A stretch of 24,000 bases of DNA. It comes from Bacteroidota bacterium (GTDB lineage: Bacteria > Bacteroidota > Bacteroidia > Chitinophagales > Chitinophagaceae). The stretch is from assembly GCA_005883765.1 (NCBI GenBank), contig VBAQ01000155.1:2512-26511 (forward strand), in the 5' to 3' direction. This document shows, piece by piece, positions 15,817-24,000 of the stretch (position 1 is the first letter of the stretch; every line of letters begins with the position of its first letter). The translations under genes were made by a program, and so were the position numbers. The notes beneath the pieces were generated by a model. It was not told where the DNA came from, searched no databases, and saw nothing but the letters and a program-made list of their open reading frames with translations.

Positions 15817-16866
15817 CTACTCCTTCTTCCTCTCCAAAGTAAAACCAATTGTCGTCCCTACATGCTCAGTACTTCGCACATGAATAGACTGTCCATGTGC
15901 TTCAATAATATGTTTGCAAATGGCTAAACCTAAACCCGAGCCTGTGATATCCAGGCTGCGTCCTTCCTCCGTTCTGTAAAATCGTTCAAATATTCTTGAC
16001 AAATGCCTTTCAGCCATCCCAATTCCGTCATCACTGATCTCAACCAAAACATGTTTCTCATCGGTAATATACATGCTGGCTGTAATATTGCCTCCAAACT
16101 TGCCATACTTAATCGAGTTTTCAACGAGATTCAGAATCACCTGCCTGATCTTTTCCTTATCGGCAAAAACTGTCAGCGGGGATTCGCAACCTTTTTTAAT
16201 GCTGCAACGAATATTCTTTTGCTCCGCTTTTATTGAAAGGCTTTCAAAAACTTCTTTGACCAAATCCTGGATAATAAAATTCTCTTTGTAGACGACCTGT
16301 TCGCCTCGCTCCAGCTTTGAAATTTCATCAAGATCATTCATAAGGTTTACCAGCCTGTCTATATTACGGGACGTTTTTTCTAAGAAAGGACGGTTGACTT
16401 CAGGATTTTCCAATGCACCTTGCAATAATGTATCTACATAGCCTTGTATGGCGAACACAGGGGTTTTGAACTCATGAGCCAGGTTTTGCAAAAATTCTTT
16501 CCGGAATTGCTCATTTCTTTTTAGTAACTCAATTTCTTCTACTTGTTTTTCCGCCCATTCTTCCACATCTTCTCTTACTTCATCAATACTTTTCTGTGGC
16601 AACAGGTATTGATAATATGTTTCTTCCTTTTTACTTGCTTTCGTCTGATAAATGAATTTATAGATGAGTTTGATCTTTCGATAAATAAAGCGCTCAAGAG
16701 TAAATGCGATCAGTGCATAGCTCCCAATAAAAATGATAATAAAGGATACCACGAGCACCTGCCAGCCCTCATGCAGAATATAAATTCCGATGCTGATGGG
16801 CACGGATAGCAGCAAAGCTGTAAACGCAGAAAGCTTGCGTGGAGAAATGTTCTTCGTGTTAAGCAT
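15817..16866 (-). CDS. Sensor histidine kinase (two TM helices, minimal external loop; HisKA + HATPase_c)
   Basis: H-box LAHEFKTPV, N-box NLVENSIKY, and G-boxes DDGIGM and GSGLGLAI. The ORF-track start (16968) lies inside a repeat arm. The ATG at 16864-16866 gives MLNTKNISPRKLSAFTALLLSVPISIG.., with TM helices directly at the N-terminus, so I prefer it. Confidence 0.8.
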   Translation of the reverse strand: MLNTKNISPRKLSAFTALLLSVPISIGIYILHEGWQVLVVSFIIIFIGSYALIAFTLERFIYRKIKLIYKFIYQTKASKKEETYYQYLLPQKSIDEVREDVEEWAEKQVEEIELLKRNEQFRKEFLQNLAHEFKTPVFAIQGYVDTLLQGALENPEVNRPFLEKTSRNIDRLVNLMNDLDEISKLERGEQVVYKENFIIQDLVKEVFESLSIKAEQKNIRCSIKKGCESPLTVFADKEKIRQVILNLVENSIKYGKFGGNITASMYITDEKHVLVEISDDGIGMAERHLSRIFERFYRTEEGRSLDITGSGLGLAICKHIIEAHGQSIHVRSTEHVGTTIGFTLERKKE

Positions 16867-16953
16867 GAACCCCCAAACCCCCTGAAGGGGGCTTTTGTAA
16901 ACTCCGATAAACGGAGTTGTTTTTAATAATGTTGATTGGTGAACTGGATGTTG

Positions 16954-16974
16954 AAGAGTGCGACGCAACGAAAG
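16954..16974. repeat. Right arm of the 21-bp perfect inverted repeat (partner of 15674-15694)
   Basis: aagagtgcgacgcaacgaaag. It lies in the 219-bp spacer between the response regulator stop and the kinase start. Confidence 0.85.
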
Positions 16975-17085
16975 TTTAATAGTAATACTATAGCTGGTTA
17001 CACAAACATCAACTTCAAAATTAAAGTAACTATAATTTTTTTAAAGTCTAATCGATTTGCGTCCCCCCTTTATGGGGACAGGGGG

Positions 17086-17763
17086 TCACAACTCAAATTT
17101 ATACCCCACGCCTTTCACCGTGGTAATGCAATCAACACCCAGTTTTTGCCGGATCTTTCGGATGTGAACATCTATGGTGCGATCGCCGACGATGACATCG
17201 TTGCCCCAAACCTGGCTGAGAATTTCATTGCGCAAAAAAACACGCCCCGGTCGTGAAGCAAGTAAATGAAGAAGCTCAAATTCTTTTTTTGCAAGGAGAA
17301 TATCCTTTCCCTCCAGTTGAACTATGAATTTCTCGGGATCGATAACGAGGCCATCCACTTCGACAATTTTACTTTCTTTTGTTGGCACTCTGCGGAAAAG
17401 AGCATTTACACGACTTATAAAGACCTTCGGACTGATGGGCTTGCTCACGTAATCATCAGCACCGGTTTCAAGACCTCGTATTTGAGTGCTCTCGTCGTTT
17501 AAAGCAGTTAAAAAAATAATGAGTGTGTTTCTGAATGCAGACTGGCTTCTCAATATTTCACAAACCTGAACACCACTTTTCTTCGGCATCATGATGTCCA
17601 ACACGACCAGATCAGGCTGAAAAATTTTAGCTTTCTCAATGGCTTCGTCACCGTCTTTGGCAGTTATGACCTGGTAGCCTTCATTGAGGAGATTGTATTT
17701 CAGAATTTCAAGAATATCGGGTTCATCATCGGCAATTAAAACCTTCCTTGCCTTCGCTTCCAT
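17086..17763 (-). CDS. OmpR/PhoB-family response regulator
   Basis: 225 aa. The receiver domain has VLIADDEPDI, DLVVLDIMMPKKSG and the conserved Lys context (YVSKP). The C-terminal winged helix has KKEFELLHLL..RTIDVHIRKIRQKL..GVGYKF. Confidence 0.9.
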   Translation of the reverse strand: MEAKARKVLIADDEPDILEILKYNLLNEGYQVITAKDGDEAIEKAKIFQPDLVVLDIMMPKKSGVQVCEILRSQSAFRNTLIIFLTALNDESTQIRGLETGADDYVSKPISPKVFISRVNALFRRVPTKESKIVEVDGLVIDPEKFIVQLEGKDILLAKKEFELLHLLASRPGRVFLRNEILSQVWGNDVIVGDRTIDVHIRKIRQKLGVDCITTVKGVGYKFEL

Positions 17764-17781
17764 GGTTGTTTTTTATTTGCG

Positions 17782-17789
17782 CAAACCTA
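17782..17789 (-). promoter_or_regulatory. Candidate Bacteroidota -7 promoter box (TAGGTTTG) for the response regulator
   Basis: The minus strand reads TAGGTTTG, which fits TAnnTTTG, 18 nt upstream of the ATG at 17763. The upstream -33 element is only TTTC-like. Confidence 0.3.
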
Positions 17790-18029
17790 CATGAAGATTA
17801 TTTCTAAAGGAAATTGACAATTTTGCATAACACAGACTTAATAAAAACTTAACCTGTCCCTGCGAAGCTGGGTGGCTGACGCTCTTTTTTGGATCAGCTA
17901 AATTATATGAGGATCTTCTTCTTCGGTCATACCAATTGCATCGATTTGGCCTTTTGTCGCGTCAAATCATAATAAATAGTACTAATGCTCATTTAGAGAA
18001 CGAGGGCATTGTATTTGACAGAGGGATGC

Positions 18030-18037
18030 TAACTTTG
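18030..18037 (+). promoter_or_regulatory. Candidate Bacteroidota -7 promoter box (TAACTTTG) for the 739-aa protein
   Basis: TAACTTTG fits TAnnTTTG and lies 12 nt upstream of the ATG at 18050. It sits inside the N-terminal extension proposed by the ORF track, which argues for the 18050 start. Confidence 0.35.
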
Positions 18038-18049
18038 CGAACGATCCTT

Positions 18050-20269
18050 ATGATTTCAACACCCAGATACCTTGTTCTTCTCGTTTACCTGCTTGCTTTT
18101 AAACCTTTAATGGCCCAGGCGGTTGACCCTGACCCTGTCAGGGACCTGAAGCCTCCAAAGAACCGTGAGCTATTTCATGATTTTGTAGATAAGCAACAAA
18201 AAGAGATCTTAAGATCAGATGGTAAGGCCGATAATGAATTCCGGCCTTCGTCGGACGAAGAAATAAATTTTATTCTAACAAAAGCAGTCACCACGAACGT
18301 TGATTGGGTTCAGTATCGTATAGAAAAAGATACCAGTTTAAACTCGCAGGCCAAGATAAAATATCTTCGAGGCCTCGAAAACGTTCTGAAATATTTCAAC
18401 AATAACTGGCGGCGGGGAAATGTTGGTACGGCTCAACTGCCTGCGATCATTGATGAATACGAAAATTGCATGAGGGCCGATATCGCGAATGCCAGTATCG
18501 AAACCATCATCGATCACCAGCCTTATGATGTGGGAATGAATCTTATTAGCGCTGGGATCTTTGATAAAAATGCAGGATACAGGAACTCTCAATATATTTT
18601 ACTAAAAAAATATTGTGCCAGGTATCCCGATCAAACTTTCTTAAAACTCAGAAGCAACACAGATGTTTCGTTTCTTGATAGTCTTATAAAGGTGGCTGGC
18701 TACCGCGACCCGGGCCAGTTGTACAACTATGCCGCTGCCAACGACAGACTGGGAGCCGCGATCCGTAGAATTGACGATCCTCTTATCAGTGCCGTTTCAA
18801 AAATGGCAACCAGCAACAGTGGGCGCTGGTATTTTCCTTTTTTGGATAACATCATGAAAGGCAAGATGAGCATCAGTGAGATTGACGCTGTGAAGGATGA
18901 TTCACTAAAATATTACCGGCTGCTGGTGAGGACACATCTTGATTATCTGGAAAGGGCACAGAATAAAGACACCGCCTACGGCTATAAAGAACTGGAAAAA
19001 CGGATTGAAACCAAGGCGAGAGACATTTTTGTAAACACGATCAATGCCCTGCATGAGGTGGATAATCTCGCGGTACGATTTAAGATCATTCAGCCTTTAA
19101 CCGCCGAGGAACTCTACTACCTTGCCGTAACAACAGATGGCATCATATACACTTCCAGTTTCGTAAAAGGTGTTTATCCATTGATGATGACAAGGGCCAA
19201 TCAGCATGGTGATTCATTACTAATGAATGTAAAGTTTGACAGGTACCGCAAGTTCATCAAAATGTGTGCGGGCTATAATACGCTGAGCAATTTTCTGAAC
19301 ACTTTTCAGGCGAAGAAAAATAATGACACGGAAAGCGACGCGGAAAAGCTGATGAGAGCATTTGTCGGAAAGCTTGAAGAATCGGGCGGCCTTGAGGATG
19401 GCGTGGATGTGGCAGATTCTTATGCAAGTATTGCTGAAACAATCAAGCCTCTGGCAGAGAAGATGCTTTTGAATGTAAAAGCAAATTACGAAAGGAACCT
19501 TACGAGCAACAATAAACGGGGCGTGGTCATGTACAATTTGTTGTACAAGCTTTTTTTATCGGCCGACACGAATAATCATATCGATCTTTCAAAGGAATTT
19601 GGAATACCTCCTGTGTACAATGTTCCTTTTAAAGCATTATCAAATGATACCGGTCGCGTAGTGATGCAGGTTTTTTTCTATGGGGATAAGGATGGAAAAA
19701 CAATTTTCCAGGGATTTAAGAGAATGTTTGATCCCAGGCTCTGGAGGATAACCAGCACCCAAAATTGGATCGCGATAAATTCCACGAAAGGCAGACCCGT
19801 TTCTATTTACGCAAACTTGCCTTTACCCGAGGAAGATGACCAGGATAAAAATGCGCAGGATGCATTAGACACGTTTTTATTACGAAACAATCTTTACCCA
19901 ACTGTAGTGATACACAGAGGTCATAGCTATAATGCTCCGTACACGATTGCACAGATTCTTCCCTCGGCAAAAATTGTTTTTATGGGTTCATGTGGCGGCT
20001 ATTATTTGATCCATGACATATTAAAACACTCGCCCGATGCACACATCATCACTTCCAAGCAAATTGGGAAGACGACGGTGAACCAGCCATTTTTCAATCT
20101 GTTAATGGAAAAAGTACGAACCGGGAATAATATTGACTGGATTCCTTTTTGGGAAGAATTGGAGAAAAAAGTGAAAGTAGAAGGGTTTGAGGATTATATA
20201 CCTCCATACAAAAACCTCGGCGCGATTTTCATCAAGGCCTATAAAAGAGCAATGGGGGATGAGGACTAG
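18050..20269 (+). CDS. Secreted protein of unknown function (~739 aa) with possible C-terminal His/Cys dyad
   Basis: A long ORF with no family I can recognise. The start is chosen at the ATG at 18050 because it gives the signal peptide MISTPRYLVLLVYLLAFKPLMAQA. The ORF-track start at 17936 adds 38 non-hydrophobic residues. The C-terminal ~200 aa alternates predicted strand-like segments and contains TVVIHRGHSY..(~20 aa)..KIVFMGSCGGY. Confidence 0.6.
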   Translation: MISTPRYLVLLVYLLAFKPLMAQAVDPDPVRDLKPPKNRELFHDFVDKQQKEILRSDGKADNEFRPSSDEEINFILTKAVTTNVDWVQYRIEKDTSLNSQAKIKYLRGLENVLKYFNNNWRRGNVGTAQLPAIIDEYENCMRADIANASIETIIDHQPYDVGMNLISAGIFDKNAGYRNSQYILLKKYCARYPDQTFLKLRSNTDVSFLDSLIKVAGYRDPGQLYNYAAANDRLGAAIRRIDDPLISAVSKMATSNSGRWYFPFLDNIMKGKMSISEIDAVKDDSLKYYRLLVRTHLDYLERAQNKDTAYGYKELEKRIETKARDIFVNTINALHEVDNLAVRFKIIQPLTAEELYYLAVTTDGIIYTSSFVKGVYPLMMTRANQHGDSLLMNVKFDRYRKFIKMCAGYNTLSNFLNTFQAKKNNDTESDAEKLMRAFVGKLEESGGLEDGVDVADSYASIAETIKPLAEKMLLNVKANYERNLTSNNKRGVVMYNLLYKLFLSADTNNHIDLSKEFGIPPVYNVPFKALSNDTGRVVMQVFFYGDKDGKTIFQGFKRMFDPRLWRITSTQNWIAINSTKGRPVSIYANLPLPEEDDQDKNAQDALDTFLLRNNLYPTVVIHRGHSYNAPYTIAQILPSAKIVFMGSCGGYYLIHDILKHSPDAHIITSKQIGKTTVNQPFFNLLMEKVRTGNNIDWIPFWEELEKKVKVEGFEDYIPPYKNLGAIFIKAYKRAMGDED

Positions 20270-20336
20270 TCGGGAGTCCGGAGTCAAAAGTCGGGAGTCG
20301 GGAGTCCGGAGTCAAAAGTCAAAGTCGGGAGTCGGG
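20268..20336. repeat. Heptanucleotide tandem repeat AGTCNNN x10
   Basis: Units run agtcggg agtccgg agtcaaa agtcggg agtcggg agtccgg agtcaaa agtcaa agtcggg agtcggg. The array begins within the stop codon of the upstream gene. Confidence 0.85.
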
Positions 20337-20379
20337 AGCTAAGAGTTATGAGTGGTTTCTTTCAATTTTTGGCCTTTAG

Positions 20380-20387
20380 TAAATTTG
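20380..20387 (+). promoter_or_regulatory. Candidate -7 promoter box (TAAATTTG) upstream of the ABC exporter
   Basis: It fits TAnnTTTG and lies 108 nt upstream of the ATG at 20496. The nearest TTTG (20368-20371) is too close to serve as a -33 element. If used, the 5-prime UTR would contain the repeat at 20431-20495. Confidence 0.25.
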
Positions 20388-20430
20388 TAGTTCCTATTAA
20401 CAGCAACCGGTCCCGAAGGGATGCCTTTGG

Positions 20431-20495
20431 CACAACTAGTCCCGAAGGATGCCCTCCAGGAGTCCTTTGGACCTTCGGCATAACCAACAACCAGG
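20431..20495. repeat. ~60-nt structured intergenic repeat, copy L (inverted partner at 22291-22352)
   Basis: cacaactagtcccgaaggatgccctccaggagtcctttggaccttcggcataaccaacaaccagg. The reverse complement of 22291-22352 aligns to it over about 55 nt with a few mismatches and indels. A partial direct duplicate of its 5-prime part (ggtcccgaagggatgcc) lies at 20409-20425. Confidence 0.7.
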
Positions 20496-22280
20496 ATGGC
20501 CAACCAGGCATTAAAAAAAATATTTGATTTTGAAAATCTGCGCAGAGTTTTTCATTTTGCCGCTCCTTATAAAAGAAGATTTTATATTTCTATCGGGCTG
20601 GCTGTCTTTCTTGCGATCATTACTCCTGTTCGTCCGTACCTGATAAAAATTACGGTAGATAAATTTATTGCCGATAAAATGCTTGACTGGATAATTTGGA
20701 TAACTGTGATCCAAATCGGTCTTTTGCTTATCGAGAGCGGTCTTCGATTCTATTTCTCTTATGTCACCGCGTGGCTGGGTCAAACGGTGGTGAGAGATAT
20801 GCGGGTAAAGGTTTATGAAAAGGTGGTCGATTTAAACCTCAGACAATTTGATCAAACCCCTATCGGCACTCTTACCACTAGAACCATCAACGATATTGAA
20901 GCCATTAATGATATTTTTTCAGACGGCCTTGTGCCCATCATAGCCGATTTTCTTTCTATCATTTCTATTTTAGGGTTTATGTTTTTTGTGGACTGGAGAC
21001 TGACATTGGTTTGCCTGGCGCCTTTTTCCATTTTGCTGATAGCTACTTATTATTTTAAAGAAAGCGTAAACAAATCGTTTATCAAAGTTCGGAATGCAGT
21101 GGCGCATCTTAATGCATTTGTGCAGGAGCACATAACAGGCATGCAGGTGGTGCAAGCATTCGCTGCAGAGGACCGTGAATTTGAAAAATTTAAAAAGATC
21201 AATAGGGATCATCGCAATGCAAACATCAACGCCATTTTTGCCTATTCAGTTTTTTTTCCCATTGTTGAAATTGTACTGGCCCTCTCGACGGGTTTGCTGG
21301 TGTGGTGGATCGCAGGGAGGGCGGGAATGTCACCCGCTGAAGCAAGACAGCTTGGCGGAAAGATGGTGATGTTTTACATGAGCCTCAATTTGCTTTTTCG
21401 TCCCCTGCGCGTAATTGCCGATAAATTCAACGTGCTGCAAATGGGAGTCATTGCGAGCGAACGAGTGTTCAAAGTGCTGGACAATGATGATTATTTGCCC
21501 GCGTCGCCGATAACGGCTTATCAGCCGGCCGTTGTAAGGGGGAAAATAGAATTTCGTAATGGTTCATTTGGATACAATCCAGATCAACATGTGCTTAAAG
21601 ATGTTTCATTCAGGGTTGATCCGGGTGAGACTGTCGCCATTGTTGGTCACACTGGCAGTGGAAAAACAACGATCATCAGTTTACTGAACCGGTTATACCA
21701 GATCCAAAAAGGGATCATCGCTGTCGATGATGTAAGAATTGAAGATTTTAATCTGGAGACTTTGCGAAAAGCCATTGGTGTGGTTTTGCAGGATGTATTT
21801 CTCTTCTCCGGATCAGTCTTTGATAATATCACTCTTCGCAATCCTGATATTCCAAAAGAAAAAGTTATTGAAGCGGCAAAGATGATCGATGTTCATGATT
21901 TTATTATGCGCCTGCCGGGCGATTACGATTATAATGTGATGGAGAGAGGTGCCACACTTTCATTGGGTCAGCGGCAATTGTTATCATTTATCAGGGCCAT
22001 TTTATATAACCCTGCGATTTTGATCCTGGATGAAGCCACTTCATCTGTTGACACAGAAAGTGAGATGCTGATCCAGAAGGCTATCGATAAATTAATTACG
22101 GCGAGAACATCCATCGTGATCGCACACAGACTTTCCACGATTCGCAAAGCTGACAAAATCATTGTGCTTGACAAAGGAGAGATCAAAGAAATGGGAACCC
22201 ACGAAGAACTGCTTTCATTAGAAGGGTATTATTATAAATTATACCAGCTTCAATTTGATAAAAAAATTAAAGTGGCGTAA
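20496..22280 (+). CDS. ABC transporter, fused permease/ATP-binding exporter (MsbA / multidrug type)
   Basis: 594 aa. N-terminal six-helix exporter domain. The nucleotide-binding domain has Walker A GHTGSGKTT, signature LSLGQRQ, Walker B ILILDEATS and H-loop IAHRL. Confidence 0.9.
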   Translation: MANQALKKIFDFENLRRVFHFAAPYKRRFYISIGLAVFLAIITPVRPYLIKITVDKFIADKMLDWIIWITVIQIGLLLIESGLRFYFSYVTAWLGQTVVRDMRVKVYEKVVDLNLRQFDQTPIGTLTTRTINDIEAINDIFSDGLVPIIADFLSIISILGFMFFVDWRLTLVCLAPFSILLIATYYFKESVNKSFIKVRNAVAHLNAFVQEHITGMQVVQAFAAEDREFEKFKKINRDHRNANINAIFAYSVFFPIVEIVLALSTGLLVWWIAGRAGMSPAEARQLGGKMVMFYMSLNLLFRPLRVIADKFNVLQMGVIASERVFKVLDNDDYLPASPITAYQPAVVRGKIEFRNGSFGYNPDQHVLKDVSFRVDPGETVAIVGHTGSGKTTIISLLNRLYQIQKGIIAVDDVRIEDFNLETLRKAIGVVLQDVFLFSGSVFDNITLRNPDIPKEKVIEAAKMIDVHDFIMRLPGDYDYNVMERGATLSLGQRQLLSFIRAILYNPAILILDEATSSVDTESEMLIQKAIDKLITARTSIVIAHRLSTIRKADKIIVLDKGEIKEMGTHEELLSLEGYYYKLYQLQFDKKIKVA

Positions 22281-22290
22281 GGCTGATTGC

Positions 22291-22352
22291 TGGTTGTGCC
22301 GAAGGTTCAAAGGACTCCGTTGGAGTATCCCTTCGGGACTAGTGACTAGTTG
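22291..22352. repeat. ~60-nt structured intergenic repeat, copy R (inverted relative to 20431-20495)
   Basis: tggttgtgccgaaggttcaaaggactccgttggagtatcccttcgggactagtgactagttg. It starts 11 nt after the ABC stop codon. Confidence 0.7.
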
Positions 22353-22512
22353 CTTGCCGCGAGTTCTTGGTCATTGGACCTTATGTAGTGCGTTATTGTA
22401 GCGCAAGTATTGCCGTAGAGTTTTCAACCAAATAACGAGCAACAAGCGACCAAAAACCAGTAACAGCAACCAGAAACCAGTAGCGGAAACAAGCAACTTT
22501 TCCCCTCAAACT

Positions 22513-22546
22513 TTTGCGGTTTTTCACCCTCCGCCCCCTATCTTTG
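22513..22546 (+). promoter_or_regulatory. Candidate Bacteroidota promoter of the atp operon (-33 TTTG / -7 TATCTTTG)
   Basis: TTTG lies at 22513-22516 and TATCTTTG at 22539-22546. The 22-nt gap is slightly longer than typical. The -7 box ends 19 nt before the atpB ATG. Both boxes sit in a direct repeat, cttttgcgg / tctttgcgg. Confidence 0.4.
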
Positions 22547-22565
22547 CGGCAAATTTTAGAAGGGT

Positions 22566-23992
<1,427 letters not shown>

Positions 23993-24000
23993 GAGCGAAG

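Noticed and set aside
16900-16926. Plus-strand intrinsic terminator (7-bp stem plus T-run)
   Set aside because: It has a good terminator shape, but no plus-strand gene ends upstream of it. It is more likely part of an inserted repeat element, so it is described under findings rather than called as a terminator.
16867-16968. N-terminal extension of the histidine kinase to the ORF-track start at 16968
   Set aside because: The extra 34 residues are encoded by hairpin and inverted-repeat DNA (the start codon lies inside the 21-bp repeat arm) and are not kinase-like. The ATG at 16866 gives the expected TM-helix N-terminus.
17936-18049. Upstream start (17936 or 18026) for the large secreted protein
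   Set aside because: The extension precedes the signal peptide and contains a TAnnTTTG promoter-like box (18030-18037). A start at 18050 puts the signal peptide at the N-terminus.

Overview
The window looks like chromosomal DNA from a Bacteroidota genome, probably Chitinophagales or Sphingobacteriales. Support is a T9SS C-terminal sorting domain, TAnnTTTG-type promoter boxes, and a long-N-terminus atpB followed by atpE. No rRNA, tRNA or CRISPR was found. Positions 1-17763 are coded entirely on the minus strand and 18050-24000 on the plus strand.

Minus-strand content, from low to high coordinates:
- A 5-gene block: ceramidase-like (partial), GH30 glucosylceramidase-like, DegT-family aminotransferase, APC permease, HAD hydrolase.
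- A glycine-rich T9SS cargo protein.
- A truncated flavin monooxygenase fragment.
- The most interesting coding unit: Eat-type ethanolamine permease, PuuA/GlnA4-like glutamine-synthetase-family ligase, iron alcohol dehydrogenase, and a single ORF fusing a peptidase-C26 gamma-glutamyl hydrolase to an aldehyde dehydrogenase. I read this as a B12-independent gamma-glutamylation route for ethanolamine or another amino alcohol.
- An OmpR-type response regulator and a histidine kinase.

The catabolic cluster is interrupted twice. One interruption is an IS200/RAYT-like Y1 (HUH) transposase gene bracketed by perfect inverted repeats. The other is a roughly 660-bp tandem array of about 10 units of a 68/69-bp double-hairpin module.

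Related CC-GAA-GG hairpin repeats and inverted repeat pairs also bracket the histidine kinase gene and an ABC exporter gene. Intergenic space in this window therefore looks colonised by a REP/REPIN-like repeat population.

Plus-strand content: an orphan ~739-aa secreted protein with a possible His/Cys dyad, an MsbA-like ABC exporter, atpB and atpE.

All functional calls come from reading motifs in the supplied translations. No database search was run.
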